Positions 1-12,868 are shown, counted from the first letter of the whole stretch. The stretch is DNA of 63,619 nucleotides, filler included, from Pelomyxa schiedti (GCA_020536535.1; 13 parts of 13 records of this genome joined end to end with filler, not necessarily neighbours in it), one strand, 5' to 3'. Notes: a model not told the origin generated them from the sequence alone. Translations and numbers: made by a program.

Positions 1-999
1 TACCAATGATAGTTCTGATGCCAGATGCAGGTTATGGTTGACTTGTGCAGTAATTGGTTGGAATTTGCATGAGGGCCGAATTTGCAGTGAATTGGTGTGA
101 CTTGCAGGTATGTGGGAATGTAGGTGTTAGAATTCATGCTTGAGTTTGATGGCTGCGCTATGGTGAGGATTTTGCTTTGATGCATGTGCTAGATGATGCT
201 TGCAGGCTAAAGAATGAACTGTGAGATGTAGAGAAGTACTCTTGCCTCGATTTTGGTGTGTGTTCCAGGCACAGATATCTCAGTGTCTAACTGTTTGTCC
301 AGAATGGATGACTTTGTGAGCTTGTGGGCTTCTTTGGGACTTCAGTGCAATCGGTCCTTGATGTGTGTGTAGCTTGGCATTGCTTGAATTGCCTAACATT
401 GTTGCTGTAGATAAAGAATGCATTGCTGTCATGCAGGGCCGATATGCAGCATTGGAAATCAGTACTCGAATTGCAACAGAGTTTGCTGTGCTTCAGATTT
501 GCTTTCCAGAGTTCCTGCGCAATTCCAGGTATTCCTTTCCTGGTTACTATTGCCAGAATAACTTATTCCATTGCAGGAGCTTCGAAACGATGTGAAAACG
601 CCTTTGGAAACAGTGCTGATTCCTCCAGTGTCAGGTAAGAACAATTCCTTGATCTCCGCCTAATAAATGACCAGAAATTCACCAAAGAGAGAATGCCTGA
701 GCACTGAAATGGTTGGATGCCTTCCATGGTGTGAATCTCTCAACAGCATTGTCATACTATCATGCCGGTGCCAGTTTTGCAGCAAATTGCAATGGCGGCC
801 AGAATAGAGATGCTTGGAGATCACAGCTATCAAATAGGTATGCATTCCCATTTGCTTTTGCAGCTGACTAACGAAAATAAGATTGCCTTGAAGCTGCAGC
901 ATGATGTAGAACTTGAATACAATGAGCTTGGGCAGAATGCTCATTTGCAGAATGTTGTATGGGTGACTTTGTCTCACTTCCTGCCTACTGTATCCCCAG
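1..999. repeat. Degenerate dispersed repeat or pseudogene, copy A (copy B at 49655-50670)
   Basis: Colinear, highly similar to 49655-50670. Only short broken ORFs; faint ankyrin-like remnants on the minus strand (VLHHAAAS, WPPLQFAAK). Confidence 0.75.
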
Positions 1000-1682
1000 A
1001 AGATGACAGGATGACCTCGAAATTATCTCTGTATGTGCAGTACACTCTATACTCCCAAATCCAAATAACAATTTCCAATCTGCTGACTAACATGCCAATG
1101 GCAGCACAATTTCGAAATTTGTTTGCCACTCCAGGGAAAAAATGCAGATAACAATCAAGTGCCCTTGGGAGCTACTGCAGTCCACTGCAAGGATAACTGT
1201 GTGGCCACTTCTTTTATCCCCAAAATAACGTCTTGCAGGGCAAAGTAACATCCAGGAGGTCAAAAACGATTTTCCAGGTGTGATGGGACAGCAATATGCA
1301 ATGCTGAGGTCCGTCACAGGGATACACCATCGCTTCTGTGTTCCCATGATCCACCCATAATTACACGAAAATTCCCAAGTCATGGGTATGCACAGAGCGC
1401 AAATAGAATTCCAGGTGAGTGTTCCTCACTCAATCCAAAATATCTATTTCGTAGAGTGAAATTTCATGAACAAAATAGCACTAAAATAAATAGCTTTTAA
1501 AATGCAATTGAAAGCCAATAAATCAATAAATGTAAACGAAATGAATAAACTAATTGTAAAGTGAAGTGAAAATGAGAGTCTCATGTTACATAGCTTTGGA
1601 ATTGATCCAGTGACTTCAAATATGAGTTTCTAGCATTCCCGCGCTGAATAGAACGCTTGCCGGGTATTGTAGGTATGATCCT

Positions 1683-1782
1683 NNNNNNNNNNNNNNNNNN
1701 NNNNNNNNNNNNNNNNNNNNNNNNNNTTAATTAATTAANNNNNNNNNNNNNNNNNNNNNNNNNNNNNNNNNNNNNNNNNNNN
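1683..1782. other. Artificial contig linker (N44-TTAATTAATTAA-N44); also at 3878-3977, 30117-30216, 36940-37039, 45113-45212, 49405-49504, 50671-50770, 52477-52576, 58104-58203, 60146-60245, 61317-61416, 62447-62546
   Basis: An identical stop-codon spacer embedded in N runs, repeated 12 times. Confidence 0.97.
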
Positions 1783-3316
1783 CAGTCCAGTGACACACCA
1801 CTCGAGTCTGTCAAGTGGATTGTGGGGTGGCTTGGGATGAGGGAGCCTTGGCACTTGGTCCAATTAGCAGTGACAGCCATCGTGTGTGGGAATGTGCCAG
1901 TGGTACAGTGGCTGGTGATGGAATTTGGCCTGGAAAGAGTGCTGACTGGGACAAATGGTGCTTGTTTCAATGTTGCTTCCTTGTGCGCGCGGAGCAAGAG
2001 CCCAATTCTGCTGAAATGGTGGCTTGAGAACTTCTCACTGCCAGATGGAGAAGACAAGAAAGAAGTTTTAAGGTTCTTGGTGTGCAATGAATTCAGCTCC
2101 ATTGAGCTGTGCCAGTGGGTGAAAAAGCAGCTGGAAATAAAAAGTGATGTGACTTTGTCAGACCTGGACTGGTCAAACAACCCACAGTGCTTGAGATGGG
2201 CAATTGAAGAGTTTTCACTTTCCCTGACAGAGGACTTTTTGAACTGTGCCTGCCAGTTTTGTTGTGACCTTGAGGTTGTCAAGTGGATGGTGATACACAA
2301 GTCAGTCACACCAACACCGGAAACCTGTCTTGGGGCATGTTGCTGCAGGAAAGAGAATTTGGAGCTTGTGAAGTGGTTGTCACAGAGAGTGGCCTTATCA
2401 CCTCGCGACCATCAAGTGTCACTGCAATTGGCATTGTCATGCAGCAACACTGACACTGCTGACTGGCTTGACAGCACTTTCCATGTGATGAAGGTGGTGA
2501 ACTCCACTCCTGGTTCTGCTGGTTCCCTGTTCACCAAAATGCTCCGCAACATCAGAGGTGATTCTCACTTGCATGGTGTGCAGTGGTTCCTGCAGCACGT
2601 TGATGTTACTCAACTCCAAGAATCGTCAGCAGCAAGAGAAGCAATCCTTGAAACAAGGAACGTTGAGGCAGTATTCTTGGTTCTGAAGGCCTGCCGCATT
2701 TCTCTTCAGGATAACACGGAAGTTCGCCGCCACGTTCTTCAAACTGCCTTGAGGAGTGGTTCCATGAGTGATGTGAGGCGTCTTCAAAGCCTTGTCACAC
2801 TGTCGGCTGATGATATCAAGTGCTCAAGGGTGAATGGAACCTCCAGCAAAACAGTGAAGTGGGTTGTGTCACAAGTTGGAGTGGAATACTTCAAGGAACA
2901 AGGCATACACACAGTAATACTCGATTCCTGCATTGACCGTTGTAAATCACACTGTTTGATTTGGTTGATGGAAACATGGGGGCTGCAACTCCATGAAGTA
3001 ATTTGCCCATTCGTACTTTCCAAGTAACCCCAAGATCATTTTACTTAAAAAGATCTTTCGGACTGTAGAGAGAATGCCATTGCCCTGGAACATTGACCTC
3101 AACACATGGAAGCTGATAATCAACAAGTTCTCTCCCACACAAGAAGAAGCCATGGCCGAGGCACGTTTCGTGGAAGTAGTCACTTCACAGCCAGCCATCA
3201 CAGAGTGGAGCATCACCAGGTTCTCACTGTCGCAGACCCAGGTCATGGAATCCATCTCCAAACTTGATTACATTCCCAGCCTTGTCAGAGTGTGGCTTGC
3301 CTGCCACAATCTTTGA
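1783..3316 (+). CDS. Degenerate ankyrin-like helical repeat protein (5'-partial; intron 2998-3052)
   Basis: 401-aa ORF with repeated 'A..GN..VVQWL / LELVKWL' motifs. A phase-0 GT-AG intron joins LHE to IFRTVERMPLPW... (stop at 3316). Paralogous to 16083-18493 and 60246-61316. Confidence 0.75.
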
Positions 3317-3447
3317 CAGAACTTTGCAACCTTGGTACAAGAGTACCTCTCCGGCGCATTTCCCAACTTGGTGGTTCAGGGCAGTATTGCGTGATGTTGT
3401 ACAAAAATTAAATATCATAGCAATTGAAAGACTGCCCCCCACGCACT

Positions 3448-3877
3448 CTAGAACTGGGAGGAGGAGAGAAAACAGGAGAAGGGTGTGGTCATGAGACTGA
3501 CCCATCTCTCGAATCCAGGGAAGTGAATGGTGAGAACTGTGTTCCCGTGGAATGGCTCGAGCACAACAATCCGGTCGCTGAGAACCTTGAAGATGAACCC
3601 ACCCTGTGCTGTGAACCTACACTGTGATGTTCCTCTCTCACCAGCAAGCACAAGTGTTGGGTGGTTGACATCATCGCAGTGATAAACAGCAAGCTTTTTC
3701 ACCTGCAGGTCACTGGTGCGGAACGACACACAGAACAGCGAGTTTGTGACACGATACACCTGATCCACCTTGAAACCATCCAGAAGTGGAATTTGCTGAC
3801 ATGAACCGGTTCCCTCTTCCACACAGAACAACACAGAGGCAGACCGATCCCAAAAGCTCTGCACAATGAAAACCCTT
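3448..3877 (-). CDS. C-terminal part of a lineage-specific beta-rich family protein (5'-partial)
   Basis: SLFCV...VYHCDD...GGFIFKV..IVVLEP motif, shared with the C-termini at 5693-6279, 38825 and 57835. Confidence 0.6.
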
Positions 3878-3977
3878 NNNNNNNNNNNNNNNNNNNNNNN
3901 NNNNNNNNNNNNNNNNNNNNNTTAATTAATTAANNNNNNNNNNNNNNNNNNNNNNNNNNNNNNNNNNNNNNNNNNNN

Positions 3978-4483
3978 ACGAAAACAAGTCCCAGAAACAA
4001 AAAGCAGAAGAAGACACAATGCCTCAAAGTCATTATCAACACTTGTTGTTGCTGTGGCAGTGAAACCATAATTGAAAAGGGCCTTGAGTACATATGACCG
4101 ATGCTTGAACAACTTGGGGTGGCCCAACCCAATGCACTTCACCTCAAACCCAATCTCTGTCATGTTTGTATGTCTGTTAAGGTCCCATACAGAAAAAGAA
4201 AAAAAAAAAGTGGCACTCCCCCACCCCGCCCAGTGCTATGATTTGGTTGAATCACACACGCACCGTCGCACCCTTGTGAGGTCACTCTCACGAGCCTGAA
4301 GTTTGATGCCACGACCACGCTCCCCTCGGCTGTGTTTTGCACGTTGGTGTTTTGCACGTTGTCGACTGTGGCCGACCGCCCCAGCCTCCCGAAGAAAGCG
4401 TCACGCTCACGAATCGCGCTCTGAAACTCATAGCGGCCACCAGCAAGGTCCGACGACGTGGTGGTTGTGTTGTTGTTCCCCAT
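3978..4483 (-). CDS. 5' exons of a duplicate kinase-N-lobe gene (copy of 9191-11606), cut by the contig end
   Basis: Near-identical to 11110-11606: MGNN..., FRLVRVTSQGCD, YVLKALFNYG. Confidence 0.65.
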
Positions 4484-4617
4484 TTCCCCCCCCCCCCCCC
4501 CCCCCCTTTTTTTTTTTTTTTTGCTTTGATGGTTGGGTGTCAGACACCTGCGAAAGTGTGTGTTCGTCAAGAGACTGAGACGCCATCAGTCCCCCAGATC
4601 AATCAAAAAAAAGGAGG

Positions 4618-4959
4618 ATGAAGCATCACGAAGACGACAACGCCGACTACTGCCTTTCGGCACGAGACCAATTCGTAGCGCTTGGTTGTGCATTATGGGT
4701 GCCACGATGCACAACGGATGGGACAGCAACAATGGAATTGCACAACGCCAATGAGGAGTCATGGAAGGATCATCAGAATCAACCAGAGAGGGTGTTTGAT
4801 GTCAGTGGCTACCAGGGACATTTCAATGACCAAATGTGCCACAATGGGTTTGTTGTGCTGGTTGGAGAGTCACACGTGGACCTTGTTGATGCTTTGACTG
4901 GCACGTGGATTATGCGCCAGCGACTTCATCTCCACAGCTCATTCCGGTTGCATGGATGA
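4618..4959 (+). pseudogene. ARDQF-family gene with an in-frame internal deletion of about 0.8 kb
   Basis: The N-terminus (SARDQFVALGCALWVPRC) is joined directly to the C-terminus (TMELHNANEE...) of the 11730-12868 paralog. Confidence 0.75.
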
Positions 4960-5126
4960 ATGCCATGGCATCAAATACAATGAAAACAAGTTTGAGGTGC
5001 GTTACTAGTAGATTGAGACCCTCAACGTTGGAGAAAAAAAAATTCTTTCCGAAGGAATGAAGATTGATGATGATCTGATCTTTACGGAAAAAATAACAAA
5101 AGAGACGCACGGTGGCTGTGGACAAC

Positions 5127-5592
5127 ATGGCATTGTGGGACGGTAGGTTCGTCGTGGAGTCGCTGCACGTCGGGGCCCTCGCCGCCAACTGCGTGTGCGT
5201 CGCCGACGTGGCCGAGGGCGTGGCCGCCATCTTCGACCCCGGCGACAACGCCCCCGCCATCGTCGACACGCTGCTGCGCCGCACCGTCGACCCCAAGATT
5301 ATGGGTGGCCGTGGCGCCGCCGACGCCGACGCGTCCGCTTCCCCGTCGGCGCCTTCTCCTCCCATAAGTGCGACTTCGGCTGCGACCACTGCGGCGTCGA
5401 CCGCCGCGACGGCAGCGAACACCGCGGCTGTCCCACAATCGCAAAACCAGCATGCCGAACCGTCGCCAAAATGCGATGGCGTGAGGGTTCGTGTTGTTAT
5501 GATTGTGCTGACACATTCACATATGGACCACTGTTTGGCTGTGCCCCAGTTGAAAAAGATGTTCCCTGATGCAAAGGCAAGGTTTCACTTTT
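5127..5592 (+). CDS. MBL-fold metallo-hydrolase, first exon of the duplicate copy (cut by gap)
   Basis: DPGD and THSHMDH motifs; near-identical to 13042-13510. Confidence 0.8.
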
Positions 5593-5692
5593 NNNNNNNN
5601 NNNNNNNNNNNNNNNNNNNNNNNNNNNNNNNNNNNNNNNNNNNNNNNNNNNNNNNNNNNNNNNNNNNNNNNNNNNNNNNNNNNNNNNNNNNN

Positions 5693-6279
5693 AGCACAAC
5701 CTACTGGCCGTTGTTGACGTTCCCCAAACATATGCCACTGGAACCCTGAAAGTTTTGAGCACCACCAGATGCACCTTTCCACCAAGCACTGTGGAACTCT
5801 GCAGAGAAACTGCTGTGGCAATGAAATGCACAAGTGGCCAAATTGTGTTCATTGTCGAGAAGATGTATGATGACACAAAATCAGAAGTGGCGTTTTCTGT
5901 GCAACAATCATCAAGCAGTGGTGGTCTTGTCCACGGTCTCTACAACGACCTGAACATCGTGAACGAAAACCGATGGGCCAGAATGTTGTGGGAAGTGACT
6001 GAGTCATTGTTCTCAGTCTACAACCCCGTCCTTTCAACAGTGGATGTGTGGGACTGCAATGACCTCATCGGTGGTGCCACTGGTGCCAATTGCAAGCCAA
6101 AGACCACCATTGAGCATGTTGGTGCTGCTCCCATTGCAGGTGGTGGGTTCATCTTCCATGTCACATCTGACACACTCCAAGTGGTTGAACCATCATCAGG
6201 CCTTGTTGTTGCTGGTATTACATTTGCTTTGCCTGGTTGTAATGTTATACTTGCCCGTTATGATATTGTTGATCACTGA
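5693..6279 (+). CDS. C-terminal part of a beta-rich family protein (5'-partial after gap)
   Basis: Open frame with SLFSV..VDVWDCND...GGFIFHV...VVEPSSG family motifs. Confidence 0.65.
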
Positions 6280-6360
6280 AACCTTTTTGTTTCCTTCAGT
6301 GGGAAACTGCACCAAAAGAGAACAAAGAGGCACAAAGTATTTTATTATTAACACCTCTGA

Positions 6361-6413
6361 GTCTCCAGTCTCGAGTCTTGCGAGTGCGCCTTGCAAGACT
6401 CGAGACTGGAGAC
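6361..6413. other. Perfect inverted repeat (21-bp stem, 11-nt loop)
   Basis: gtctccagtctcgagtcttgc ... gcaagactcgagactggagac. Confidence 0.9.
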
Positions 6414-7487
6414 AGAGCGAACTGGGACGGACCTCGAAAAGGAGGAATATCGTCACTAGACAGTGTAGTACAGTGCAGAGTGAGAGTAATCCACCCTGTA
6501 GTGACTGTGGATTATGTGTTATTTGGGTGGTATTTAAGTTACAAACTCCTGTACCTCCCTCATTGGTTTTCTCGGCCACAAGTGACCCTCGATGTCCCTG
6601 CTCGCGCCAACAGTCCTACCCACGGTGTGACACATCGTATGGACGCACATCTGGGCACGGAGGCCCTGTGGTTCCGATGTTTGGGCCCAAAGGAAAAAAA
6701 AATACTTTGATTGTCAGTAGAACAACCTTCAAGCCTCTTAGCCCGCTGCAAAGGGTCAATTCGTTGTAAAACACATAGCCCACAAATAGGAGGAGAAATC
6801 AGCTCATTTGGCCTGAGTTCGGGGGAGGTAATCACCAAATGAGTTTCTGCAGGAAAAGTAGAGCACGAAAAACAAAATTTTCTAAGTCAGTGATGTTCAA
6901 CGAAGCGTTTCATCACCACCCGCACGCTCTGTGTCGGGAGGGGAACACGTTTGGTGCACCACTCTGTTCTTTTCGGCCGTTGCCCAAAAAACAAAAAAAA
7001 GTGTTTCCCCCTTGCGCCTCGCGTTGTGTCCTGCGTGCGTTGCGTGCGGTCGGTGGTGTAGCCAAGTGATGTGGTGTTGTTTTACTGTCGGTTTTTGTTG
7101 TACCCACCGAGCATTGGGTTTTTGGTTGCCGCAAGACGGCCGTCGGTTTTTTTTGTGGTCGGGCTCGGTTTTTTTGTTCGCTAACTAAAATTTCACATTT
7201 TAAATTTTCCTGTCAGGAATTTCCGATAATTTGATAAATCGACCCTGGGTCTAGGCAGAGTGTTCCACCCAACAGATGTTATCTCTGGGATGGACTCTTT
7301 CCTATGTGTTTAATGACTTCCAGGATTTTTTTCCTGAGGGTCTGCTCTATTTTCCGAGTTATTAAGGTCCCAAGGAGTGAAGAAGAAAACATAATTTTGT
7401 GCCAAAGTTCCCTTAAAAGGAATTTTGTCAGAAACTCGGCCACTGATTCGAGTTGCCTCTCATCAAAAATAACAAAAAAAAATAACG

Positions 7488-8921
7488 ATGGGTAATCAAC
7501 TTCTCCCGGCTGCAGTTAACCCCAGACACAACAATTCAATTTCGAACCCATGCACCACACTAGCAACGACCACAACTTCAAACGAGAACTACCTGCAACA
7601 GGAACAGGAACCACTACGACGACCACCGCGGCCTGCGACGACATGCGAACAGCCACCATGGTCGTTTTCAGTCCACTCAGACTGGAGTATCAACGTGATG
7701 GCGGCGTTGCTTGCAGGCGGCCACCCGCGCTGCGGCGCCGCGAGCCCGGCGAGGCCGATGTGCGCGTGCCCGCACCTCGTGAGGCTTGTTGTGTGCCACT
7801 GGCTCCGCGCGGTCACCCCCCGCTTCCTCGTCGTGCTGGACCTGTGGTCCAACCTCGTCTCGCACGAGGAAGGGGAGAGGGCGCTGAACAGCGTGGCGTT
7901 CATGGCCGAGGTGGCGCCGGGGGCGCCGGGAGGCGGCGCGTGCTGCTGCGGCGGCGTGATGGGCGGGCCGAGGCTGTGCGAGAGCGAGAGGTTCTCGTGG
8001 GTGGATGCCAGGAGGAATGTTGTGGTCGAGCAGCCAGAGGAGTGGGAACGGAGAGCTTGTGTTGTTGACACTGTGACTGGGCAGAGGGAGGATTTGGGTG
8101 TGGTTGGGGTGGGCGAGGTCCTGAGCAACGGGCGCTGGGCTGTGATCAGGTCTGTGCAGGGGAGGGTCTGGGTGGCAAAGGTGAATGCATACTGCCGCCA
8201 TGCTGCAGGACATCATCATAATCGTGTTCCTCTGATTGGAGACAGGGTGGAAATAAACCAAGAAGGCATCTCTGAGTTGCCATTGAGAGAGAAGTTTGTG
8301 AGTGAGAATGTGATGTGCAGGTTGTCAGAGGGACCTGGAGAGATGCTATTTTGCGTTCTTTACGATGTGGGGATGTCATTTGCAACTGGGAAGTGGGTCG
8401 CACTGGATTGTGTGACATTCCGTGATGTACGTGGTGTCACCACTATACAGGTTTCCTTCTGTTGGGAAAGAAGGGCACTCCTTGGTGAGAAATATGACCG
8501 ACAGCAAAACCGGCTGTTCACAGTAGACGAGTCAGGTGCGAGGCTCACACTCCAAACGAGACCAGGTTCCCCCATTCTGATCCTGGATTCGTACTTCGTG
8601 GTTCTTCCATCATCAGAGCAGCACAAGAAAGGAATGCACACTGCTGAAGTGTGGAGTTTTAAGGACTTGAGCAGGCAGCACTGTTACTTTGAAGTTCCAA
8701 CTGGTTCCTGGGTGTCAGCGTGTGCTGGTCGTTGTAGTGACTTCCTGGCCATTCTTCCACCAGCCACTGGAGTACCGTCTGGGGGAACCGAGCTGCACTT
8801 CATCGATGTGAGCTGTGGAATGACCTTGTTTACAATACATGCACATTCTGGGTTATCACTGCTACCACCTTATTCCTTTGGAAAGGTTTTATGGATTGCC
8901 CCAACTGCAACTACCCTCTGA
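7488..8921 (+). CDS. HPRCG-family hypothetical protein (477 aa, single exon)
   Basis: Long ORF with AALLAGGHPRCGAASP near the N-terminus and a beta-rich C-terminal region (EVWSFKDL, HFIDVSCG). Confidence 0.8.
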   Translation: MGNQLLPAAVNPRHNNSISNPCTTLATTTTSNENYLQQEQEPLRRPPRPATTCEQPPWSFSVHSDWSINVMAALLAGGHPRCGAASPARPMCACPHLVRLVVCHWLRAVTPRFLVVLDLWSNLVSHEEGERALNSVAFMAEVAPGAPGGGACCCGGVMGGPRLCESERFSWVDARRNVVVEQPEEWERRACVVDTVTGQREDLGVVGVGEVLSNGRWAVIRSVQGRVWVAKVNAYCRHAAGHHHNRVPLIGDRVEINQEGISELPLREKFVSENVMCRLSEGPGEMLFCVLYDVGMSFATGKWVALDCVTFRDVRGVTTIQVSFCWERRALLGEKYDRQQNRLFTVDESGARLTLQTRPGSPILILDSYFVVLPSSEQHKKGMHTAEVWSFKDLSRQHCYFEVPTGSWVSACAGRCSDFLAILPPATGVPSGGTELHFIDVSCGMTLFTIHAHSGLSLLPPYSFGKVLWIAPTATTL

Positions 8922-9190
8922 TGTAGTGCTTCATTCGGTTGAATTCTTCTCCAAAACCTCAAAAAACAAAAGAGGTAGTTTTTTATAGGAGAGTCTAATA
9001 GGGCCCACTACACAGGGATCCCACAACACAGGGCAGAACAAACTCAGCCCACAATGGAGACTTGGCGGCCGCAGAACGAACACACAAGGTGTGGCACCAA
9101 CCCATTCATCTAGATAAGAGTCTGAGATAGAAACCGCATCTGTTGCACGGTACCGAACATTTTCCACTGGCAAAAGAAAAGGCTTAAAAA

Positions 9191-11606
9191 TCAACGTTGC
9201 CCAAGGTTCAGAATTCTGAGTTTAACAATGGCATCAAAATGACCAAGGGAAGCAGCCCACAGCCACAGTCTCTGTGCCTGATGAATGTCCTTGGCAAAAC
9301 CATCCACACCTTTGCTGTAACGCAATGCAAGGTAGTGCAGTGCCTGGGCACTACCAGCATCAGCCGCCCTCTGATACAACATCACTGCCTTGTGAATGTC
9401 TTTGTCAACACCACTGCCATTTTCATAACAACAACCAAGGTTGCACATTGCCTGAGAAAGGCCAGCATCAGCAGCCCTCTCATACAGTGTGACTGCCTTG
9501 TGACTGTCCCGGCCAACACCATTGCCGAGTTCATAACACAAACCAAGGTTGCACATTGCGTTGGTATCACCAGCATCAGCAGCCCTCTCATACAGTGACA
9601 CTGCCTTGTGAATGTCCTTGTCAACACCATTACCGAGTTCATAGCACAAACCAAGGCTGCTCATTGCGTTGGTATCACCAGAATCAGCAGCTTTCTGATA
9701 CAGTGACACTGCCTTGCTGGGATTCCTGTCAACACCATTGCATCTTTCATAATACACCCCAAGGTTGCACATTGCTTTGGCATCACCGGCATCAGCAGCC
9801 CTCTCATACAGCAATACTGCCTTGTGAACATCCTTCTCAACACCACTGCCATTTTCGTAACACCAACCAAGGTTGCACATTGCGCGGGGAATACCAGCAT
9901 CAGCAGCCCTCTGATACAGTGACACTGCCTTGTGAATGTCCTTGTCAACACCACTGCCATTTTTATAACACAAACCAAGGTTGAACATTGCCTTGGCATC
10001 ACCAGCATCAGCAGCCCTCTGGAACATTGACACTGCCTTGTGAACATCCTTTTCAGCACCACTGCCATTTTTATAACACACTCCAAGGTTCCACATTGCA
10101 ATGGCATCACCAGCATCAGCAGCCCTCTGGAACATTGACACTGCCTTGTGAACATCCATGTCAACACCACTGCCATTTTTATAACACAAACCAAGGTTGC
10201 GCATTGCGATGGCATCACCAGCATCAGCAGCCCTCTCATACAGTGTGGCTGCCTTGCTGGGATCCCTGTCAACACCAGTGCCTCTTTCATACCACAAACC
10301 AAGGTGGCCCATTGCGTTGGCATCTCCAGTATCAGCAGCCCTCTGATACCACAACACTGCCTTTTGAACATCCTTGTCAACACCACTGCCATTTTCGTAA
10401 CACAAACCAAGGTTGCACATTGCGCGGGAAAGACCAGCACCAGCAGCCCTCTCATACAGTGACACTGCCTTGTGAACATCCTTGTCAACACCACTGCCAT
10501 TTCTATAACACAAACCAAGGTTGAACATTCCAATGGCATCACCAGCATCAGCAGCCCTCTGATACAGTGCTACCGCCTTGCTGGGATCCCTGTCAACACC
10601 AATGCCTCTTTCATAACACACCCCAAGGTTGCACATTGCCTTTGCGTCACCAGCATCAGCAGCCCTCTGATACAGTGACACTGCCTTGCGAGCATCCTTG
10701 TCAACACCACCGCCATTGCCTTCTCTTTCAGAACACACCCCCCCAAGGTTGTGCGTGGCCACGTGGGTTTCCTTGCCAACACCATCGCCATTTTGACAGC
10801 ACACCCCATGGTCATGCATGTCCTGGGCGTGGTCAATGTGGCGTCGAGTTGGAAATTGGTCCCATGTCTCAGAGTGATGATGCTCAAGGACAACCCACAC
10901 GCACGCACGTGTCCTGTTGTGCACTGTGTCAAATGCGAGCTCCTTTGTGGCTGGTGGGAGGTGGTTGAAATACTCTTGTGGGATGCGGTCTGTGAAGTGG
11001 CAAAGATATCGGTTGATGTTTGGTTGGTGTGCATCTGAAACTGAAGCAACAGTGTACTCATTCTGAGAGAGGAGGGAAAAAAAAAGAAATCAGTTCCAGA
11101 CAGAAAACAAACGAAAACAAGTCCCAGAAACAAAAAGCAGAAGAAGACACAATGCCTCAAAGTCATTATCAACACTTGTTGTTGCTGTGGCAGTGAAACC
11201 ATAATTGAAAAGGGCCTTGAGTACATATGACTGATGCTTGAGCAACTTGGGGTGCCCCAACCCAATGCACTTCACCTCAAACCCAATCTCTGTCATGTTT
11301 GTATGTCTGTTAAGGTCCCATACAGAAAAAGAAAAAAAAAAGTGGCACTCCCCCACCCCGCCTAGTGCTATGATTTGGTTGAATCACACACGCACCGTCG
11401 CACCCTTGTGAGATGACTCTCACGAGCCTGAAGTTTGATGCCACGACCACGCTCCCCTCGGCTGTGTTTTGCACGTTGTCGACGACGGCGGCCGAACGCC
11501 CAAGCCTCGCGAAGAAAGCGTCACGCTCACGAATCGCGCTCTGAAACTCATAGCGGCCACCAGCAAGGTCCGACGACGTGGTGGTTGTGCTTTTGTTGTT
11601 CCCCAT
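9191..11606 (-). CDS. Kinase N-lobe / Sel1-like repeat protein (exons about 11606-11396, 11289-11156, 11062-9191)
   Basis: About 13 regular 36-aa (108-nt) SLR units (AMCNLGxCYxNGxGVxKDxxKAVxLYxRAADAG). Upstream exons give a G-loop-like ISQGCD, VLKALFNY, QPNINRYLCHF and a hinge-like VVLEHH. No HRD or DFG. Confidence 0.85.
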
Positions 11607-11729
11607 TTCCCACCCCCCTTTTTTTTTTTTTTTGCTTTGATGGTTGGGTGTCAGACACCTGCGACAGTGTGTGTTCGTCAAGAGACTGAGACCGCCATCA
11701 GTCCCCCAGATCAATCAAAAAAAAGGAGG

Positions 11730-12868
11730 ATGCAGCATCACGGAGACGACAACGCCGACTACTGCCTTTCAGCACGAGACCAATTCGTAGCGCTTGGTTG
11801 TGCATTATGGGTGCCACGATGCAGTGTCGGCAGCCAATCCCGAGTCCTCCCAGTTGCCATTTTGGTTGATTCAATTGCAAAGCGTTGGGTGACGTCGCCT
11901 CAAAGGACAGTTGCAATGGGTCCCTCATTGGTGGTGACAAAGAGAGAGGAGGACGAGGAGGACGAAAGGTCAGAGTATTGGAAGTCTTTGTTCTGGAATG
12001 GGGCAGTTTGGGAGATTGTTGTGGTGTCACCAACACTTGGGGTTGTGAGAACATCAAGGATTACAAACCATAAGATGCTGGACAGACTCAAGGAAGTCCT
12101 TGGGGGAGAGTCTTACATTCGTGGGCAGTTTGATGATGACCTAATTTTTTATGTGGAACCCCTGGGGCACTTTGCGTTATTGAGAAGCAAGAGCCACTTG
12201 TGGAACAGCAAGTGGGGTGTGGGCTTTATTTGCAGTGATCTCACTGTTTGGAGGATTGGCTCGGAGTGCAAGAACAACAAGACCACTGTGACGCTCCCTG
12301 CTGGAAAATGGGTACAGTGGGTGGCACTGCTTGACAGCCCTGGTAATGAGGACGAGGCTTACGTGCTGACAGGACCTCCCCCATACACTCTTTTGTGCGT
12401 GAACTTGAGGTGCATAGAGCAGAATCATGAGATGCAGGCAACCAACCAGTGGCCTTGCCCTTTTTATGTTGAACCATGGGTCATCAAACTGGACAGTGGC
12501 TACATTTTGTTGGGAAGTGTTTATGGCATCGTTCTGTTGTCAGAGAACAAAGTTGATTCCTTGTTTCTGAACAGCAGCCCAGAAGCACCACCACTCAAAG
12601 TTGATGACACCCACTTCCTCAAGCCAGTCGGTGATGGGAGAACAACAATGGAATTGCACAACGCCAATGAGGAGTCATGGAAGGATCAACCAGAGAGGGA
12701 CAAAAAAATGTCAGTGGCTACCAGGGACATTTCAATGACGAAATGTGCCACAATGGGTTTGTTGTGCTGGTTGGAGAGTCACACGTGGACCTTGTTGATG
12801 CTTTGACTGGCACGTGGATTATGCGCCGGCGACTTCATCTCCACAGCTCATTCGGGTTGTATGGATGA
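11730..12868 (+). pseudogene. ARDQF-family gene with a frameshift near 12700
   Basis: SARDQFVAL motif. The C-terminus seen in the 4618-4959 copy (VSGYQGHFND...) is in a different frame after an A-run at about 12701-12708. Confidence 0.7.

Larger units (their letters stand above)
3978..5592. repeat. Segmental duplicate of about 11110-13510
   Basis: Colinear near-identity across three gene fragments. This copy lacks about 0.8 kb near 4712. Confidence 0.9.

Noticed and set aside
660-760. Reverse transcriptase-like 'LFGEFLVIY' fragment
   Set aside because: No YxDD or other RT motifs follow, so the evidence is too weak.
9270-10700. Periodic His/Gln/Cys-rich ORFs and a CRISPR-like 108-nt periodicity
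   Set aside because: These are alternative-frame shadows of the Sel1 repeat CDS; there are no unique spacers.
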